From contig CAVRBJ010000022.1 of NCBI GenBank assembly GCA_963718965.1, forward strand, positions 82,479-146,478: a stretch of DNA of 64,000 nt. The letters run 5' to 3'. The notes under the pieces are model-generated. The model was not told the origin of the DNA. It saw only the letters and a list, made by a program, of their open reading frames with translations, and ran no database searches. Both the position numbers and the translations under genes were made by a program. Of the stretch, positions 11,037 to 21,853 are shown piece by piece (within the stretch, counting starts at the first letter, position 1; each line of letters begins with the position of its first letter). This DNA comes from an uncultured delta proteobacterium (GTDB taxonomy: Bacteria > Desulfobacterota > WTBG01 > CAIYCZ01 > CAIRTM01).

Positions 11037-11336
11037 TTACGATTTTTTTATCGCTTCAAAAAAATCGGCCATAGGCAGAGCTGGCATGCTCTGAGCTGTT
11101 ACCCTGCCCTTTGAGCATATCTGCAAAATGGCCGTTGTGAGGGCTTTTTCATCGGGAAGTTCCCCAATGGTAATGACATCATACCGGCCGATAAGGCTAT
11201 AGGCATCGATAAGTTTCCCCCCGTTTTTCTTATAAATCTCCTTCACCGCCTCAAACCGCTCAGGCGTATGCTTGATATCCATAAGGCCATCGCGCGTATA
11301 CTTCCAAACCGTAATATATATTGCCATATTCTTCAC
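11037..11336 (-). CDS. GYD-domain protein
   Basis: ~97 aa, GRYDVITIGELPDEKALT is characteristic of the GYD family. Confidence 0.65.
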   Translation of the reverse strand: MKNMAIYITVWKYTRDGLMDIKHTPERFEAVKEIYKKNGGKLIDAYSLIGRYDVITIGELPDEKALTTAILQICSKGRVTAQSMPALPMADFFEAIKKS

Positions 11337-11920
11337 CCCTTTCCTGTTTATTTATTAAGCGGCTCTGCCCCCGCGGCATGCTCTTATAGTTTCAATATAG
11401 GCTATAAACACGGTTTCTTCAAAAGGATTATAGCTAAAGCATGTTTTCTTTTATACTATAGACGGTTTATCTATTCTGTCATCTCGACCAAAGGGAAGAG
11501 CATCTTTGGCTGAAGTACAACCAAATTGTTAAGATTGATGCGCAAAGGGACAACCTCCTGACTCATCCACCGGCTGCGGATTCGAAATGAAAATCGGGTT
11601 TAACCATTTAACAAAACACTCTATAAATCCCGGCGGAAATATCTTCGTCTGAGCCACTGTCATTGACCAGAGACTTTTCAAGCGCCGGCCGCAGAAAACA
11701 CCCATTAAGAATCTCTTTCCTCCCGGTGCGAGAACATGTTCGGGCGGATGGCAATCAGCAATCATGTCTTCGGGCCAGCGGGCTGCTAACCTTATTCCTG
11801 AGGGTAAAAAAAAATGGCGGTAATAGAGATAAAAATCCGAAACAAACATTCCGAAAATTGTTTTAATATGATATTAATAGTTAAACTAAACTACTACGCT
11901 GTTTAACACAAGGAGCTGCT

Positions 11921-13727
11921 ATGAAAAAACTGTTTGCCGGTAATAAATGCTTCGCCATCTGCCTGTGCCTGTATGCTTGCCGCCACAGGCCTGTATCTGG
12001 GCTGTAAATCCTCGATTTTACGGGGGAAAGACGGCTCCAGATGGAAACTGGCAAACGCCCCCGGCTTCGGCAACGACAACAATTCATCAGTCGTAGCCAT
12101 GGCAGAATACAAAGACTATCTCTATGCCATGACCCGCAACAAAGACGGGGCCGAGGTCTGGCGCATGAGTGCGGACGGCCAGTGGGAGCAGGTCATGTTC
12201 CCGAACGGCCAGACGAAAGGGTTTTACGGCAACAAGCTGATCAACAATGTCTGGGGCACGGATGATTGTTTTTAAGGACAAGCTCTATTTCGGCGCCTCA
12301 TCGGGATTCCAGGGGACCTATCTTTACTCATCGGCATGCGAAATATGGCGCTATGACGGTTCAAGCTGGGAGGCTGTCATATCCGACCGCAAAGACGCTG
12401 ATGAAAGCGGCTCAATTACTGCAATCGCAGGATGCGCAGCCAGTGACAACAACACGGCAGCACAGATTACCGACAGCACAAAAACCTGGACGCCCGACCA
12501 GTGGAAAGGCGCCATGCTGCAGATAACCTCGGGCAGCGGCAAACAGAGAAAATTTTACATCACCGGCAATGATAACACGACGCTCACCATCCAGCAGGAC
12601 GAAATTGCAGGCACAGGCCGCAATCAGGACAATGAGACGGAATTCACCGTGTGCAGCGAAACAGTATTACAAACCCTTTCCCTGCCTACACCTATACCCT
12701 CGGCGAGATTGCTGCCGGCGACGCCTATGAAATCGGCGCGGGCTCCGATGAAAGCGGATTCGGCGATTTCTGGAACAAGACCATTACCGGCATGGATATT
12801 TTAGACGGCAGGCTGTATGTGAGCACCGGGCTTAATTATGCCCGCGGCTCGCAGATATGGTACACAGATAACGGCGACACCTGGACGGTGACAACGCCGC
12901 CCAACAGCTTCGGCAATTATCATATTGACCCCAATGATCCATTCATCAGCGCTTTTCCTGACGGCAAAAAGCCCATCTCCAGCAGCCTGCCGTCAATGGC
13001 GGTTTCTTCATGCTCAGGCACGCCGACCCTGTATGCCACCGGCACGGGCACCTCGGGCAATATGGGCAGCTGCGCACGCGTTGCCAAACTGACGGATGCC
13101 GGCTGGGAGCTGATCGTCGACAATAAAGTAGATGCCAATGATACCGGCACCAATGAAAACGGTCTTGGCGACTGCCCCGGCGCGCAGCAGGGCAATTTCA
13201 TGGTATGGAGCATGACCGAATTCAATAACAGGCTTTTTGGCATCACCAATTCACCTATCGGCGGCGCCCGTATCCTGTACACCAATGACGGAGGATCAGC
13301 AGACGACAGCTGGCACTATGCTGTTGGCTGCCCAAAAGGCACAGATGAGGATGACTGCGAATCCCCGTATCCCAGCGGTTTTGACGGCGAGTTCTATCCC
13401 ATTTCGACGGTGCTTGGAGATGTCTATCAAAATATAGCCGGCTATCTGTTTGTCTTCAACAATACACTCTATTGCGGCACGCTCCAGTATTTCGATTCCA
13501 CGGTCGACCCCAGGGTTCCCAACAATGCCAATATATGGAAATCAAAAGACGGACTAACCTGGGAAAAGATAACGGTCAGCGGCTTTGGCGATGATCAGAT
13601 CATCATGTTTGAAAGCTTCGTCTCATTTAAGAACAAGCTCTATGTATCAGGAAGCAAAAGCGCCAACACGGAGCTTATCGGACTCGGCGGCGCGAAAGTT
13701 TACTGCCAGGTCAGAGAAGGCCGGTAA
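11921..13727 (+). CDS. Secreted or lipoprotein-type beta-propeller repeat protein, split into at least four frames
   Basis: Starts MKKLFAGNKCFAICLCLYAC (signal/lipobox-like); recurring xxLYxG blades (DKLYFGASSG, GRLYVSTG, NRLFGITNSP, NTLYCGTLQY, NKLYVSGSKS); pieces 11934-12275, 12247-12804, 12651-13727. Confidence 0.55.
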
Positions 13728-13747
13728 TTCTTCCCGGCATACCACAT

Positions 13748-13786
13748 ACAAAACCCCGAAGCATAAAATGCTTCGGGGTTTTGTAT
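13748..13786. terminator. Bidirectional intrinsic terminator (AAAACCCCGAAGCAT aaa ATGCTTCGGGGTTTTG)
   Basis: Perfect 15-bp stem flanked by A-run and T-run, between convergent genes. Confidence 0.65.
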
Positions 13787-13909
13787 TTCAAGCCAATCAC
13801 GCAAGATATTCCCACTGATGTCCTCAGGAAAAAGAGGTGGAATAAGGATGGAAATTGTTCATTTTGTTCCTGAGACTCAGGCTTCAGCCCGTCCATACCT
13901 GCAGGCTGT

Positions 13910-14224
13910 TTATTTAATATACGAGCAGCAGTAATCGGTAACGGCTTTGACCTTTAGCTTAAATTTCGAGTTTGCCGGTACTTCAAAGGACCGGCCCTCC
14001 GTAAACTTCTGCCAGTCGGCAGCACCCGGCAGAAGAACAGCAAGGTCGCCCGCGAGGATTTCCATGATCTCTTTATCTGCCGTACCGAATTCGTAGTCGC
14101 CGGGCAGCATGATGCCAAGCGTCTTTTTTGTCCCGTCGGGAAAAAGAACCGTTCGGCTGGTGACCTTTCCATCAAAATACATATTTGCCTTTTTTACAAC
14201 TGTTACATTGCTGAACTCAGACAT
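13910..14224 (-). CDS. ppnP: Pyrimidine/purine nucleoside phosphorylase PpnP (DUF1255)
   Basis: [48 protein letters not shown], ~105 aa. Confidence 0.75.
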   Translation of the reverse strand: MSEFSNVTVVKKANMYFDGKVTSRTVLFPDGTKKTLGIMLPGDYEFGTADKEIMEILAGDLAVLLPGAADWQKFTEGRSFEVPANSKFKLKVKAVTDYCCSYIK

Positions 14225-14291
14225 GACGGCCTTTCTATGATGGTATACATAAAAAAAACAGCGGGCATATACTGCGACTGCCCCTAAAAGA

Positions 14292-15281
14292 TCACTTACC
14301 GGTATTCCAGAATGCCTGAAGCCTGACAAGCTCACCGTTTTTCCAGTAGCGGGCGTGCTTGCCCGTAAAGCCTGCAGCATACACATCTGCGCCGGACACA
14401 AAAATAGATTCGGAAAAAGAGAGCCAGGCAAGCTTTACCGGATCGCCGTTTTTCCAGTATTTCGCAGCAATGCCTTCATAGCCCGCTATATACACATCAT
14501 CGCCGGAGACGAAAATCGACTGGGCCGATGAATCTTTTCTGCCGTCGGTTAAAGCAACCTGCTCGCCGTTTTTCCAGTACCGCGCCGTGATAGTCCTGCC
14601 GAACTTCCGCTCATACCCGGCCACATGCACATCATCTCCCGAAACAAAGATTCCCGTTGCGGCGGCATCGCGGGAGCCATCGGTCAGATTATCGGACGCG
14701 CCATTTTTCCAGTAAGTTGCCGTAAAAGCTTTACCGTCTGATACGGAGCCTGCCACATACACATCATCCCCGGCTACATACAGGCTATAGGCGTAAGCAG
14801 CTTTTGTGCCGGTTGTCAGATTGACAAGCTCGCCGTTTTTCCAGTATTTTGCAGTATGTCCGTCATCGCCGGCAACATGCACATCATCTCCTGATATGAC
14901 TATTGAGCGGGCCGTCGCATTATTGCTTCCGCTGGTAAGGGCCACAGGGAGTCCGTTTTTCCAGTAGGTCGCCGTCTGCCCGTCATTGCCGGCCACATAC
15001 ACATCATCGCCGGAGACGACTATTGACCTTGCAGCAGCATTCCTGCTGCCATCGGTCAGTTCAACAAGAGTGCCGTTTTTCCAGTATGCGGCTATCGTTG
15101 ATTTGTAATTCCAGACTTTGCCTGCAACATAGACATCAGCCCCAGAGACAAAAATTGCCGTGGCAGTTGACTTGTAAGGTATGCGGCACGACGCGCACAA
15201 AAGCGCGAGCAGGGCGCAGCACAGAGGCAAAGCCGCACGGTACATACGAAAAAACCTGAGAAACCAATACTGTGTAACCAT
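14292..15281 (-). CDS. Lipoprotein with ~8 tandem 37-aa YWKNG/SBBP-like beta-propeller repeats
   Basis: Signal peptide and lipobox (LLCASC); repeating [35 protein letters not shown] units; SD AAGGAG 9 nt before the ATG at 15281. Confidence 0.7.
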   Translation of the reverse strand: MVTQYWFLRFFRMYRAALPLCCALLALLCASCRIPYKSTATAIFVSGADVYVAGKVWNYKSTIAAYWKNGTLVELTDGSRNAAARSIVVSGDDVYVAGNDGQTATYWKNGLPVALTSGSNNATARSIVISGDDVHVAGDDGHTAKYWKNGELVNLTTGTKAAYAYSLYVAGDDVYVAGSVSDGKAFTATYWKNGASDNLTDGSRDAAATGIFVSGDDVHVAGYERKFGRTITARYWKNGEQVALTDGRKDSSAQSIFVSGDDVYIAGYEGIAAKYWKNGDPVKLAWLSFSESIFVSGADVYAAGFTGKHARYWKNGELVRLQAFWNTGK

Positions 15282-15508
15282 TATATCCTGCTCCTTCCGG
15301 AAGGATAAAAATTTCCGTAAAATACTGTTATTGCTGAATTCTTTCTTAGTATAATAAACATAATCGTTCCGGTCAAGGGCGATGCGGTTCGATGCAGGTT
15401 CGGGCAGGCGCAGGGAGCAGGCGTAAGAGGCAGGAAAGCCCGTCCGTACAGCAAAACACCCGCACCGGAAAAAGGTACGGGTGCCCTGGTGCGGCATGGT
15501 GGTGTTTA

Positions 15509-16465
15509 TTAAAAGCCGTCCCGGGCAAGCTCCTCAAACAGCTTGCGCTGCTGCGGGGTGATATCCCGCGGTACGGCAACGCTTATCTGCACCAATTGGT
15601 CACCCTTGCCCGTTTTGCCGAAACGAGGGATACCATAGCCGCGAAGGCGCATCTTGGTGTTGTTCTGAATGCCTGCCGGCACCTTCATCTGCTTGGAATC
15701 CTGAAGGGTCGGCACCTCTATGGTCGTACCAAGCACCGCTTCGGAAAACTTTATCTCCCGGTTAAGGATGATGTCATCGCCATCGCGCTTGAAAAAAGGA
15801 TGCTCATGCACCTGAATGGTCAGATACAGGTCGCCGGGCGGCATGCCCGGCCCTGCCTCGCCGCCCTTACCGGTAAGGCGCAGCTTCTGGCCGGAGCTGA
15901 TGCCCGCCGGAATGCGCACCTTGACCTGCCTGCTGCTGCCGTCGAACATATAGTCGATTGTTTTCTCAGTGCCGTTTACGGCTTCGAGAAAATCGACAAA
16001 AAGATCCATGGTAAAGTCCTGGCCCTTCTGGGCATAGGCCTGACGTCCGCCGAAACCACCGCCGCCGCCAAAACCGCCGCTTCCGCTAAACAGATCCTCC
16101 AAATTGAAGGAACCGCCGCGCTGTCTGCCTCCTGCCCTGCCTCCTGCCCTGCCTCCTTCGCCGCCACCGCCGAAACCCATTTCCCTGAAAATATCATTAA
16201 TGTCGAAGCCCTTGAAAATGTCCTCCTGCGAGTAGCGCTGATGAAAGCCGCTGGAGCCGAACTGATCATACTGGCGCCGCTTTTTCTCATCGCTCAGCAC
16301 GGCATAGGCCTCATTTACTTCCTTGAAACGATCCTCCGACTTTTTATCGCCGGGATTTTTGTCGGGATGGTATTTAAAGGCAAGATTTTTGAAAGCCTTT
16401 TTTATATCATCCTGGGTAGCGGTTTTGTTGACCCCGAGGGTTTTGTAATAATCTTTTGCTGCCAT
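15509..16465 (-). CDS. J-domain co-chaperone, CbpA/DnaJ-like (no zinc-finger domain; Gly-rich linker)
   Basis: DYYKTLGV...KKAFKNLAFKYHPDKN J-domain with HPD; GGRAGGRAGG linker; DnaJ C-terminal domains; no CxxCxGxG repeats. Confidence 0.8.
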   Translation of the reverse strand: MAAKDYYKTLGVNKTATQDDIKKAFKNLAFKYHPDKNPGDKKSEDRFKEVNEAYAVLSDEKKRRQYDQFGSSGFHQRYSQEDIFKGFDINDIFREMGFGGGGEGGRAGGRAGGRQRGGSFNLEDLFSGSGGFGGGGGFGGRQAYAQKGQDFTMDLFVDFLEAVNGTEKTIDYMFDGSSRQVKVRIPAGISSGQKLRLTGKGGEAGPGMPPGDLYLTIQVHEHPFFKRDGDDIILNREIKFSEAVLGTTIEVPTLQDSKQMKVPAGIQNNTKMRLRGYGIPRFGKTGKGDQLVQISVAVPRDITPQQRKLFEELARDGF

Positions 16466-16474
16466 GCTTTCCCC

Positions 16475-18214
16475 TTAACGATATGATTCCTTTATAAGCC
16501 CATTTAAATAATCCTGCGGATTATCGATTGCCTGAGCGTCGATATCAAAAACGCCTCGGCCGGTCCTCTCCCGGATAAGCTTGAGGCCGTGCTGGTAGTT
16601 TGAAAACAGCTCGCGCAGCAGTTTGCCGGCATCGGCATCCTCAACAAGCGTGCGCCAGATCAGGCGATTAAGGGCCTGGTCCGTAAAGTGAATGCCGATG
16701 CCGTGGTGCCGGGAGAAGGCCTGCTCGTAGTCGCGCGCCTCCTCCGACACCAGAACGGACTCCTCCAGCACGGCAGCGCAGTCCATGCAGCAGGTAGATG
16801 CGATACGCACGATTGTGTCTATGAATATTTCGCTCAGCAGAAACAGGCACTGCGGATCCAGGCTCTCCCGGCGTTCAAGCATACGGGTTTTCAGGACATG
16901 CTCCTCTCGTGCAGAAAGCTCTTCATGGCGGGCATACATCTGCTCGAGCCCCTGGCCTGCCATGATGCGGTCAAATACGGAACCCGGGTCTGCTGCCATT
17001 TCAGCGCTGACCACGAGGCGGTTTATGTCGCTTGAAGGAAGCGCCTTCTCAAACTTCACAAGCACGCGCTCAAGGGCGCTTATCAGACCGCGAGCGCCCG
17101 TTTTTTCGCAAAAGGCAGCTTCGGCGATGGCACGCAGAGCCTTGTCTTCAAACCGCAGATCAATGCCGTAGGCAAAAAAATCCTTTTTTTTGCTCATAGC
17201 GACGGAACTTGCCGGGCTTTTCAATATCTGGTAGAGGTCATCTGCGCTCAGCGGATCAAACACTGCCACAACGGGCAGTCGGCCGATAAACTCCGATTCA
17301 AACCCGTAGCTCTGGAGGTCTTCGGCCTTGACCTCCCGCAGAAGGTGCTCGCGTCGGTTTGCCGTGCGCAGAGCAGCCTCGAAACCCAGGCCCTGACGGT
17401 TCAGCCGCTTTTCGATGATATCGTCAATATCGTTGAATGCGCCGCTCATGATAAATAAAATATTGCGCGTATTTATAATGCTTCGCTCCCGCTTGCCCGT
17501 GCGGCGGAACTGCTCAAGGGCCTCCATCTGGGAGACAACATCGTGGGGAACCTTCAAATCAACGTCCGTTTCCTCCATTGGCTTCAGCAGCGCCCGCTGA
17601 ACGCCCGTGCGCGACACGTCGAGGCCCCATCCGCCCCTGCTGCCGGCAATTTTGTCTATCTCATCGATATAGATGATGCCGTACTGCGCCCGCTTAATGT
17701 CTCCGCCCGATTCGCGCACCAGGTCGCGCACCAGGTCTTCCACATCGCCGCCCACATAGCCCGTCTCGCTGAACTTGGTTGCATCGCCCTTCACAAATGG
17801 AACGCCGAGTTTCTGTGCGATCAGCTTGATAAGAAATGTCTTGCCCACGCCGGTCGGACCGATCATAAGAATATTGTTCTTCACATTTCCGACGGCAGGT
17901 GACCGGTCCCGGCGGCTGACGCGGTTGAAGTGCGTGCAAATTTTGGTGGCAAGTATTTCCTTGGCCCTGCACTGCCCGATTGCATAGTCGTTGAGATATG
18001 CCTCGAGCTCCACGGGCTTCATGTTGAATGTGATATGCGGCCATCCCCCGGTATCTTTACCCTGTGGCGAGTCCTCAAGGCCTCCGGATATTTCATCAGT
18101 ATTGGGGAATGCCATAGGTGTGGCGAGTTTCACCCTGTCACCATATTTCTTGGACAAATAGTCATTGAGCTCTTTTTCAAGCTCACCCGGGCTTGGCAGT
18201 CTTTCCTTGGCCAT
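16475..18214 (-). CDS. ClpX-like AAA+ unfoldase paralog lacking the N-terminal zinc-binding domain, with a ~160-aa C-terminal extension
   Basis: Walker A ILMIGPTGVGKT, Walker B GIIYIDEIDKI, LGF (IGF-like) loop, sensor-2 KTGARGL; N-terminus MAKERLPSPGELEKEL without a CxxC zinc ribbon; SD GAGGAG before the ATG at 18214. Confidence 0.75.
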   Translation of the reverse strand: MAKERLPSPGELEKELNDYLSKKYGDRVKLATPMAFPNTDEISGGLEDSPQGKDTGGWPHITFNMKPVELEAYLNDYAIGQCRAKEILATKICTHFNRVSRRDRSPAVGNVKNNILMIGPTGVGKTFLIKLIAQKLGVPFVKGDATKFSETGYVGGDVEDLVRDLVRESGGDIKRAQYGIIYIDEIDKIAGSRGGWGLDVSRTGVQRALLKPMEETDVDLKVPHDVVSQMEALEQFRRTGKRERSIINTRNILFIMSGAFNDIDDIIEKRLNRQGLGFEAALRTANRREHLLREVKAEDLQSYGFESEFIGRLPVVAVFDPLSADDLYQILKSPASSVAMSKKKDFFAYGIDLRFEDKALRAIAEAAFCEKTGARGLISALERVLVKFEKALPSSDINRLVVSAEMAADPGSVFDRIMAGQGLEQMYARHEELSAREEHVLKTRMLERRESLDPQCLFLLSEIFIDTIVRIASTCCMDCAAVLEESVLVSEEARDYEQAFSRHHGIGIHFTDQALNRLIWRTLVEDADAGKLLRELFSNYQHGLKLIRERTGRGVFDIDAQAIDNPQDYLNGLIKESYR

Positions 18215-18244
18215 AACGCGCTCCTCGTCCGATGTTTCTGCCTG

Positions 18245-18407
18245 GTGTCTGAACAAAAAGTCATATCTTTGCAGGTTGTGTTAAGACCGGAAGAAACCGC
18301 TGGGTTTCGTACCTCAAACCAACCGCGCAAAAACAATTGCTTGTGAAAAAGTACAGGCATAAGGGCGAACCCGACAAATACATGGTTCCGGGTTTTCGTT
18401 CATCCAC
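18245..18407. mobile_element. MITE-like element, copy A (163 bp, terminal inverted repeats GTGTCTGAACAAAAAG / GTGGATGAACGAAAAC)
   Basis: ~85% identical (inverted orientation) to 61255-61419; ends are imperfect inverted repeats; no coding capacity. Confidence 0.6.
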
Positions 18408-18463
18408 TAACTACATGGTAAGCATCACCGGGTGTCGAGTCAAATTATTTATCATGCAGAGCG

Positions 18464-18499
18464 TTAAAAAAAGAGGCGTGCACCCTTAGATGCACGCCC
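18464..18499 (-). terminator. Candidate intrinsic terminator downstream of the TPR gene
   Basis: Minus-strand hairpin GGCGTGCA...TGCACGCC followed by CTCTTTTTTT. Confidence 0.45.
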
Positions 18500-18659
18500 T
18501 GCATGATAGTGATGGCAGAAAAATATTCGTCAAGAGAATCGGATAAAAACAGGCAGAGTGGGCGCATACAGTGCATTCTGAACCCGCATCACCAAGAAGC
18601 ATGCTGCCCGAACAATCCATGTCGTCCCACGGCGCAGCAGCATATCAGCACGATTGAGC

Positions 18660-19379
18660 CTATTTGCCTTTTTTGGGGCAGAGGCTGTCAACCTTGATCT
18701 GGGCAAACTGTTTCTGCCCGGACAGGGGGTTCTTTTCAAGGAACTCTTTATACTGATTGCAGGCCTTCTGCCTGTCGCCGGCCAATTCAAATACGCGGGC
18801 AAGATTCAGCGCAGCAGCACTCCCGCCATCAGACTGGGTATCGTTTTTCTGTTTTTCAAACCACTCTGCAGCCTGCTTAAAATCACCCTTTCCTTCAAAG
18901 GCATAGCCGATGCCCTCATAGCCTGCAGAGCGCAGATACTGAAGTGTTCCGTGGGCGGCATCAAGAAACTCCCTGAAATAGCCGATGGCTTCATCGTATT
19001 TTTTAAGGCTGTAGGCACAGTTACCCTCATACAGAAGGGCCATTGTGCCGGAGGTGGTGCTGCCATGCTTTTCCTTCACCTCTTTGAACTGAGCCAGGGC
19101 CTTTTCATACAGTGCCGTCTGAGCCCCGGCAGCCTTGCTGTCGGCAGGCGCCGTCATGGTGCTCATGGCGGCATAAAACATATTGAGGGAATCCCGCTCC
19201 GCCCGTGCCTTCATGGTGCTCCAGGCCAGAACTGCGGCAGCAACTACCATAACGGCGAGAGCGATGGAGCCGATTTGCCGGGCATTCTGCTCCACATACT
19301 CCCGTACAGTAATCCACAGTGTTATCGGGTTTTCAGCATCCATCAGTTTCTTCTTCGGCTTCACCTTAATCTTTGCCAT
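18660..19379 (-). CDS. Membrane-anchored TPR-repeat protein (YfgM-like)
   Basis: One N-terminal transmembrane helix followed by TPR-like repeats (YEKALAQFKEV..., EAIGYFREFLD...). Confidence 0.65.
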   Translation of the reverse strand: MAKIKVKPKKKLMDAENPITLWITVREYVEQNARQIGSIALAVMVVAAAVLAWSTMKARAERDSLNMFYAAMSTMTAPADSKAAGAQTALYEKALAQFKEVKEKHGSTTSGTMALLYEGNCAYSLKKYDEAIGYFREFLDAAHGTLQYLRSAGYEGIGYAFEGKGDFKQAAEWFEKQKNDTQSDGGSAAALNLARVFELAGDRQKACNQYKEFLEKNPLSGQKQFAQIKVDSLCPKKGK

Positions 19380-19464
19380 ACCTTAGCCGCCTCTCCTGCT
19401 GCTGTTAGTTCTTGTTCCCGTAATATGTCCAATACGGAAAACGTGCGCTGCGCTTTCCGCAATT

Positions 19465-20004
19465 TCAGTTTTCAGCCGTAAGATACGGCGCAAAGCGTTC
19501 ATATTTCTTCGGGCCGATACCTCCGACGTTTTTCAGCTCACCGATATTCCGAATGCCGCCGCTGCGGTCGCGGTAGTCGACTATAGCCTGTGCGGTGATC
19601 AAGCCCATACCGGGTATCAGCGCCAGTTCCTCAGCCGTTGCAGTTGCAAGGATTACCGGAAGGAAGCAGTGCATCCTCGCCTGGGCGCTCATGGACCCGA
19701 TGGAAACCTTCCCGTCGACAACAATTCTGCTGCCGTTTGGCACATTCCAGCTGCGAGCCGCTGCCTCCGGCAGGGGGGCCAGGGCTTCTCCCGCGTCAAG
19801 CAGCTGCCCCAGCTGTTGGGGGCTGCCATAGCTGTAGATGCCAGGCGACCGCACAGCGCCCGCAACTTCATAGGCATACTGCTTCCGCGGTGATTGCGGT
19901 GATACCGGCTCGCCCGGGGCCAGCACCTGCCAGCCGGCCCTGCACAGCATCAGCGCAAGCAGGGAGCATAGTACCATAAGCTGCTCTCTGTTGTACAGAG
20001 CCAT
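19465..20004 (-). CDS. ComEA-like helix-hairpin-helix DNA-binding protein
   Basis: C-terminal AEELALIPGMGLITAQAIVDYRDRSGGIRNIGELKNVGGIGPKKYERF HhH tandem. Confidence 0.8.
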   Translation of the reverse strand: MALYNREQLMVLCSLLALMLCRAGWQVLAPGEPVSPQSPRKQYAYEVAGAVRSPGIYSYGSPQQLGQLLDAGEALAPLPEAAARSWNVPNGSRIVVDGKVSIGSMSAQARMHCFLPVILATATAEELALIPGMGLITAQAIVDYRDRSGGIRNIGELKNVGGIGPKKYERFAPYLTAEN

Positions 20005-21594
20005 TTATTCAGCCTCTCCCTTAATCTCGTCTTTGAGCAGCTTGTAGGTGATGCTGTCGGTAAGGGCCTGCCAGCTTGCTTCGATAATATTTTCCGACAC
20101 GCCGACCGTGCCCCACCGGTCCTGCCGGTCACCGGTTTCGATGAGCACCCGCACCTTTGATGCCGTGCCTTCCCCTCCGGTCAGCACGCGCACCTTATAG
20201 TCGATGAGGTGCACCTGCTTCAGCTCGGGGTAGAACTTCTCAAGGGCCTTGCGCAGGGCATTGTCAAGAGCGTTCACCGGGCCATTGCCCATGGCTGCCG
20301 TATGCTCTATCTTGCCGCCTACTTTTACCATGATTGTTGCCTCGGACACGGGCTCGGCCTCTTCCTTTTTTTCATTGATGACACGAAACCCCACGAGGTC
20401 GAAATAGCGCTTCTTCACCCCCAGAGCCTTGCGCATGCGCAGCTCAAATGAAGCCTCGGCGCCTTCGAATTGAAACCCGTGGCGCTCCAGGTCTTTCAGG
20501 TCGGCAAGTATTTCCTTCACCAGCGGGTCGTGGCTTTCAATGTCGATATTAAACTGCTGGGCCTTCTGCAGGATATTGGCGCGGCCGGACTGGTCGGAAA
20601 CCAGTATCCGCTGCGTGTTGCCTACGCGCTCCGGGGATATATGCTCATAGGTATCGGAGCGGCGCTGAACAGCGCTCACATGCACGCCCGCCTTGTGCGC
20701 AAATGCGCTTGAGCCCACAAACGGCTGGTGCTTGTTGTGGGGCAGGTTGGCCAGTTCATAGACAAACCGCGAGAGCTCTGAAATTTTCCGCAGCTGCTCA
20801 TCGCTTATGCAGTCCATGCCCATCTTGATTTTCAGGTTGGGGATGATGGAGCAGAGGTTGGCATTGCCGCACCGCTCGCCGCAGCCATTGATGGTTCCCT
20901 GCACCTGCGTGCAGCCGCACTCAACTGCGGCAAGGCTGTTGGCAACGGCCAGATCGCTGTCATTGTGCGCATGAATGCCCAGGGGCGCGTCAATCTCCTG
21001 CCGCACGGCGCTGAGTATCCGGTGAATTTCATAGGGCAGCGTTCCGCCATTGGTGTCGCACAGCACCAGGCAGTCGGCGCCGCCGCTGAGGGCGCCGCGC
21101 AAAATGCTTATGGCATAGTCGGGGTGTGCCTTGTACCCGTCGAAAAAATGCTCGGCGTCGAAAAAAACTGTAGGCACATGCCGCTTGAGATAGGCTATCG
21201 ACTCCTGAATGAGCCGCAGGTTGTCATCAGGGGATATCCTGAGCACACCCTTTATATGCATGTCCCAGGACTTGCCGAAAATAGTCACGGCCTCTGTCCG
21301 GGCATTGATAAGATCGTTGAGGTTTTTATCTTTTTCAACCGCTGCGCCCGGCTTTGCCGTGCTGCCGAAGGCTGTAACGATTGCGTTTTTCAGGCGGCAG
21401 TTTTTGACTTCCTTGAAATACTGAAAATCCTTCGGGTTTGAGCCGGGCCAGCCGCCCTCGATATAGTGCATGCCAAGCTCGTCAAGCCGCTGCGTGATGC
21501 GAAGCTTATCCTCGATGGAAAAGGAAATATCTTCGGTCTGGTTGCCTTCCCTGAGCGTTGCGTCATAGAGACAAATCTGCTTCATAGTATGCAT
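20005..21594 (-). CDS. cimA: (R)-citramalate synthase / 2-isopropylmalate synthase-family enzyme
   Basis: [27 protein letters not shown]..., HMGL-like TIM barrel plus LeuA dimer regulatory domain; 529 aa. Confidence 0.85.
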   Translation of the reverse strand: MHTMKQICLYDATLREGNQTEDISFSIEDKLRITQRLDELGMHYIEGGWPGSNPKDFQYFKEVKNCRLKNAIVTAFGSTAKPGAAVEKDKNLNDLINARTEAVTIFGKSWDMHIKGVLRISPDDNLRLIQESIAYLKRHVPTVFFDAEHFFDGYKAHPDYAISILRGALSGGADCLVLCDTNGGTLPYEIHRILSAVRQEIDAPLGIHAHNDSDLAVANSLAAVECGCTQVQGTINGCGERCGNANLCSIIPNLKIKMGMDCISDEQLRKISELSRFVYELANLPHNKHQPFVGSSAFAHKAGVHVSAVQRRSDTYEHISPERVGNTQRILVSDQSGRANILQKAQQFNIDIESHDPLVKEILADLKDLERHGFQFEGAEASFELRMRKALGVKKRYFDLVGFRVINEKKEEAEPVSEATIMVKVGGKIEHTAAMGNGPVNALDNALRKALEKFYPELKQVHLIDYKVRVLTGGEGTASKVRVLIETGDRQDRWGTVGVSENIIEASWQALTDSITYKLLKDEIKGEAE

Positions 21595-21853
21595 CTTTCA
21601 TAGAAAAATTCGGGATGGCTGAAATCATAGCACAGCTGCTTCAAAAGAAAAAGCCCGCAGCAAAAAAACCCTGTGGGCCGTAAACCTCGTATCGCAATCA
21701 CAGTGCGTCAGCATCAATGTCCGGAGCAAGAGAGCCCCGGGAATGGTGCGGCCCGGTACTTCCCCTCGTGCAAAAGAATATTGTCAATCCCGTTAAGCAA
21801 CAGAAAGACCTCGAATACGGCAACGACATGCCAGAGAGTCGACACCCGTGTCA

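Noticed and set aside
16136-16165. CTCCTGCCCTGCCTCCTGCCCTGCCTCC tandem repeat
   Set aside because: It lies inside the J-protein gene and simply encodes the Gly/Arg-rich GGRAGGRAGG linker; not an independent element.
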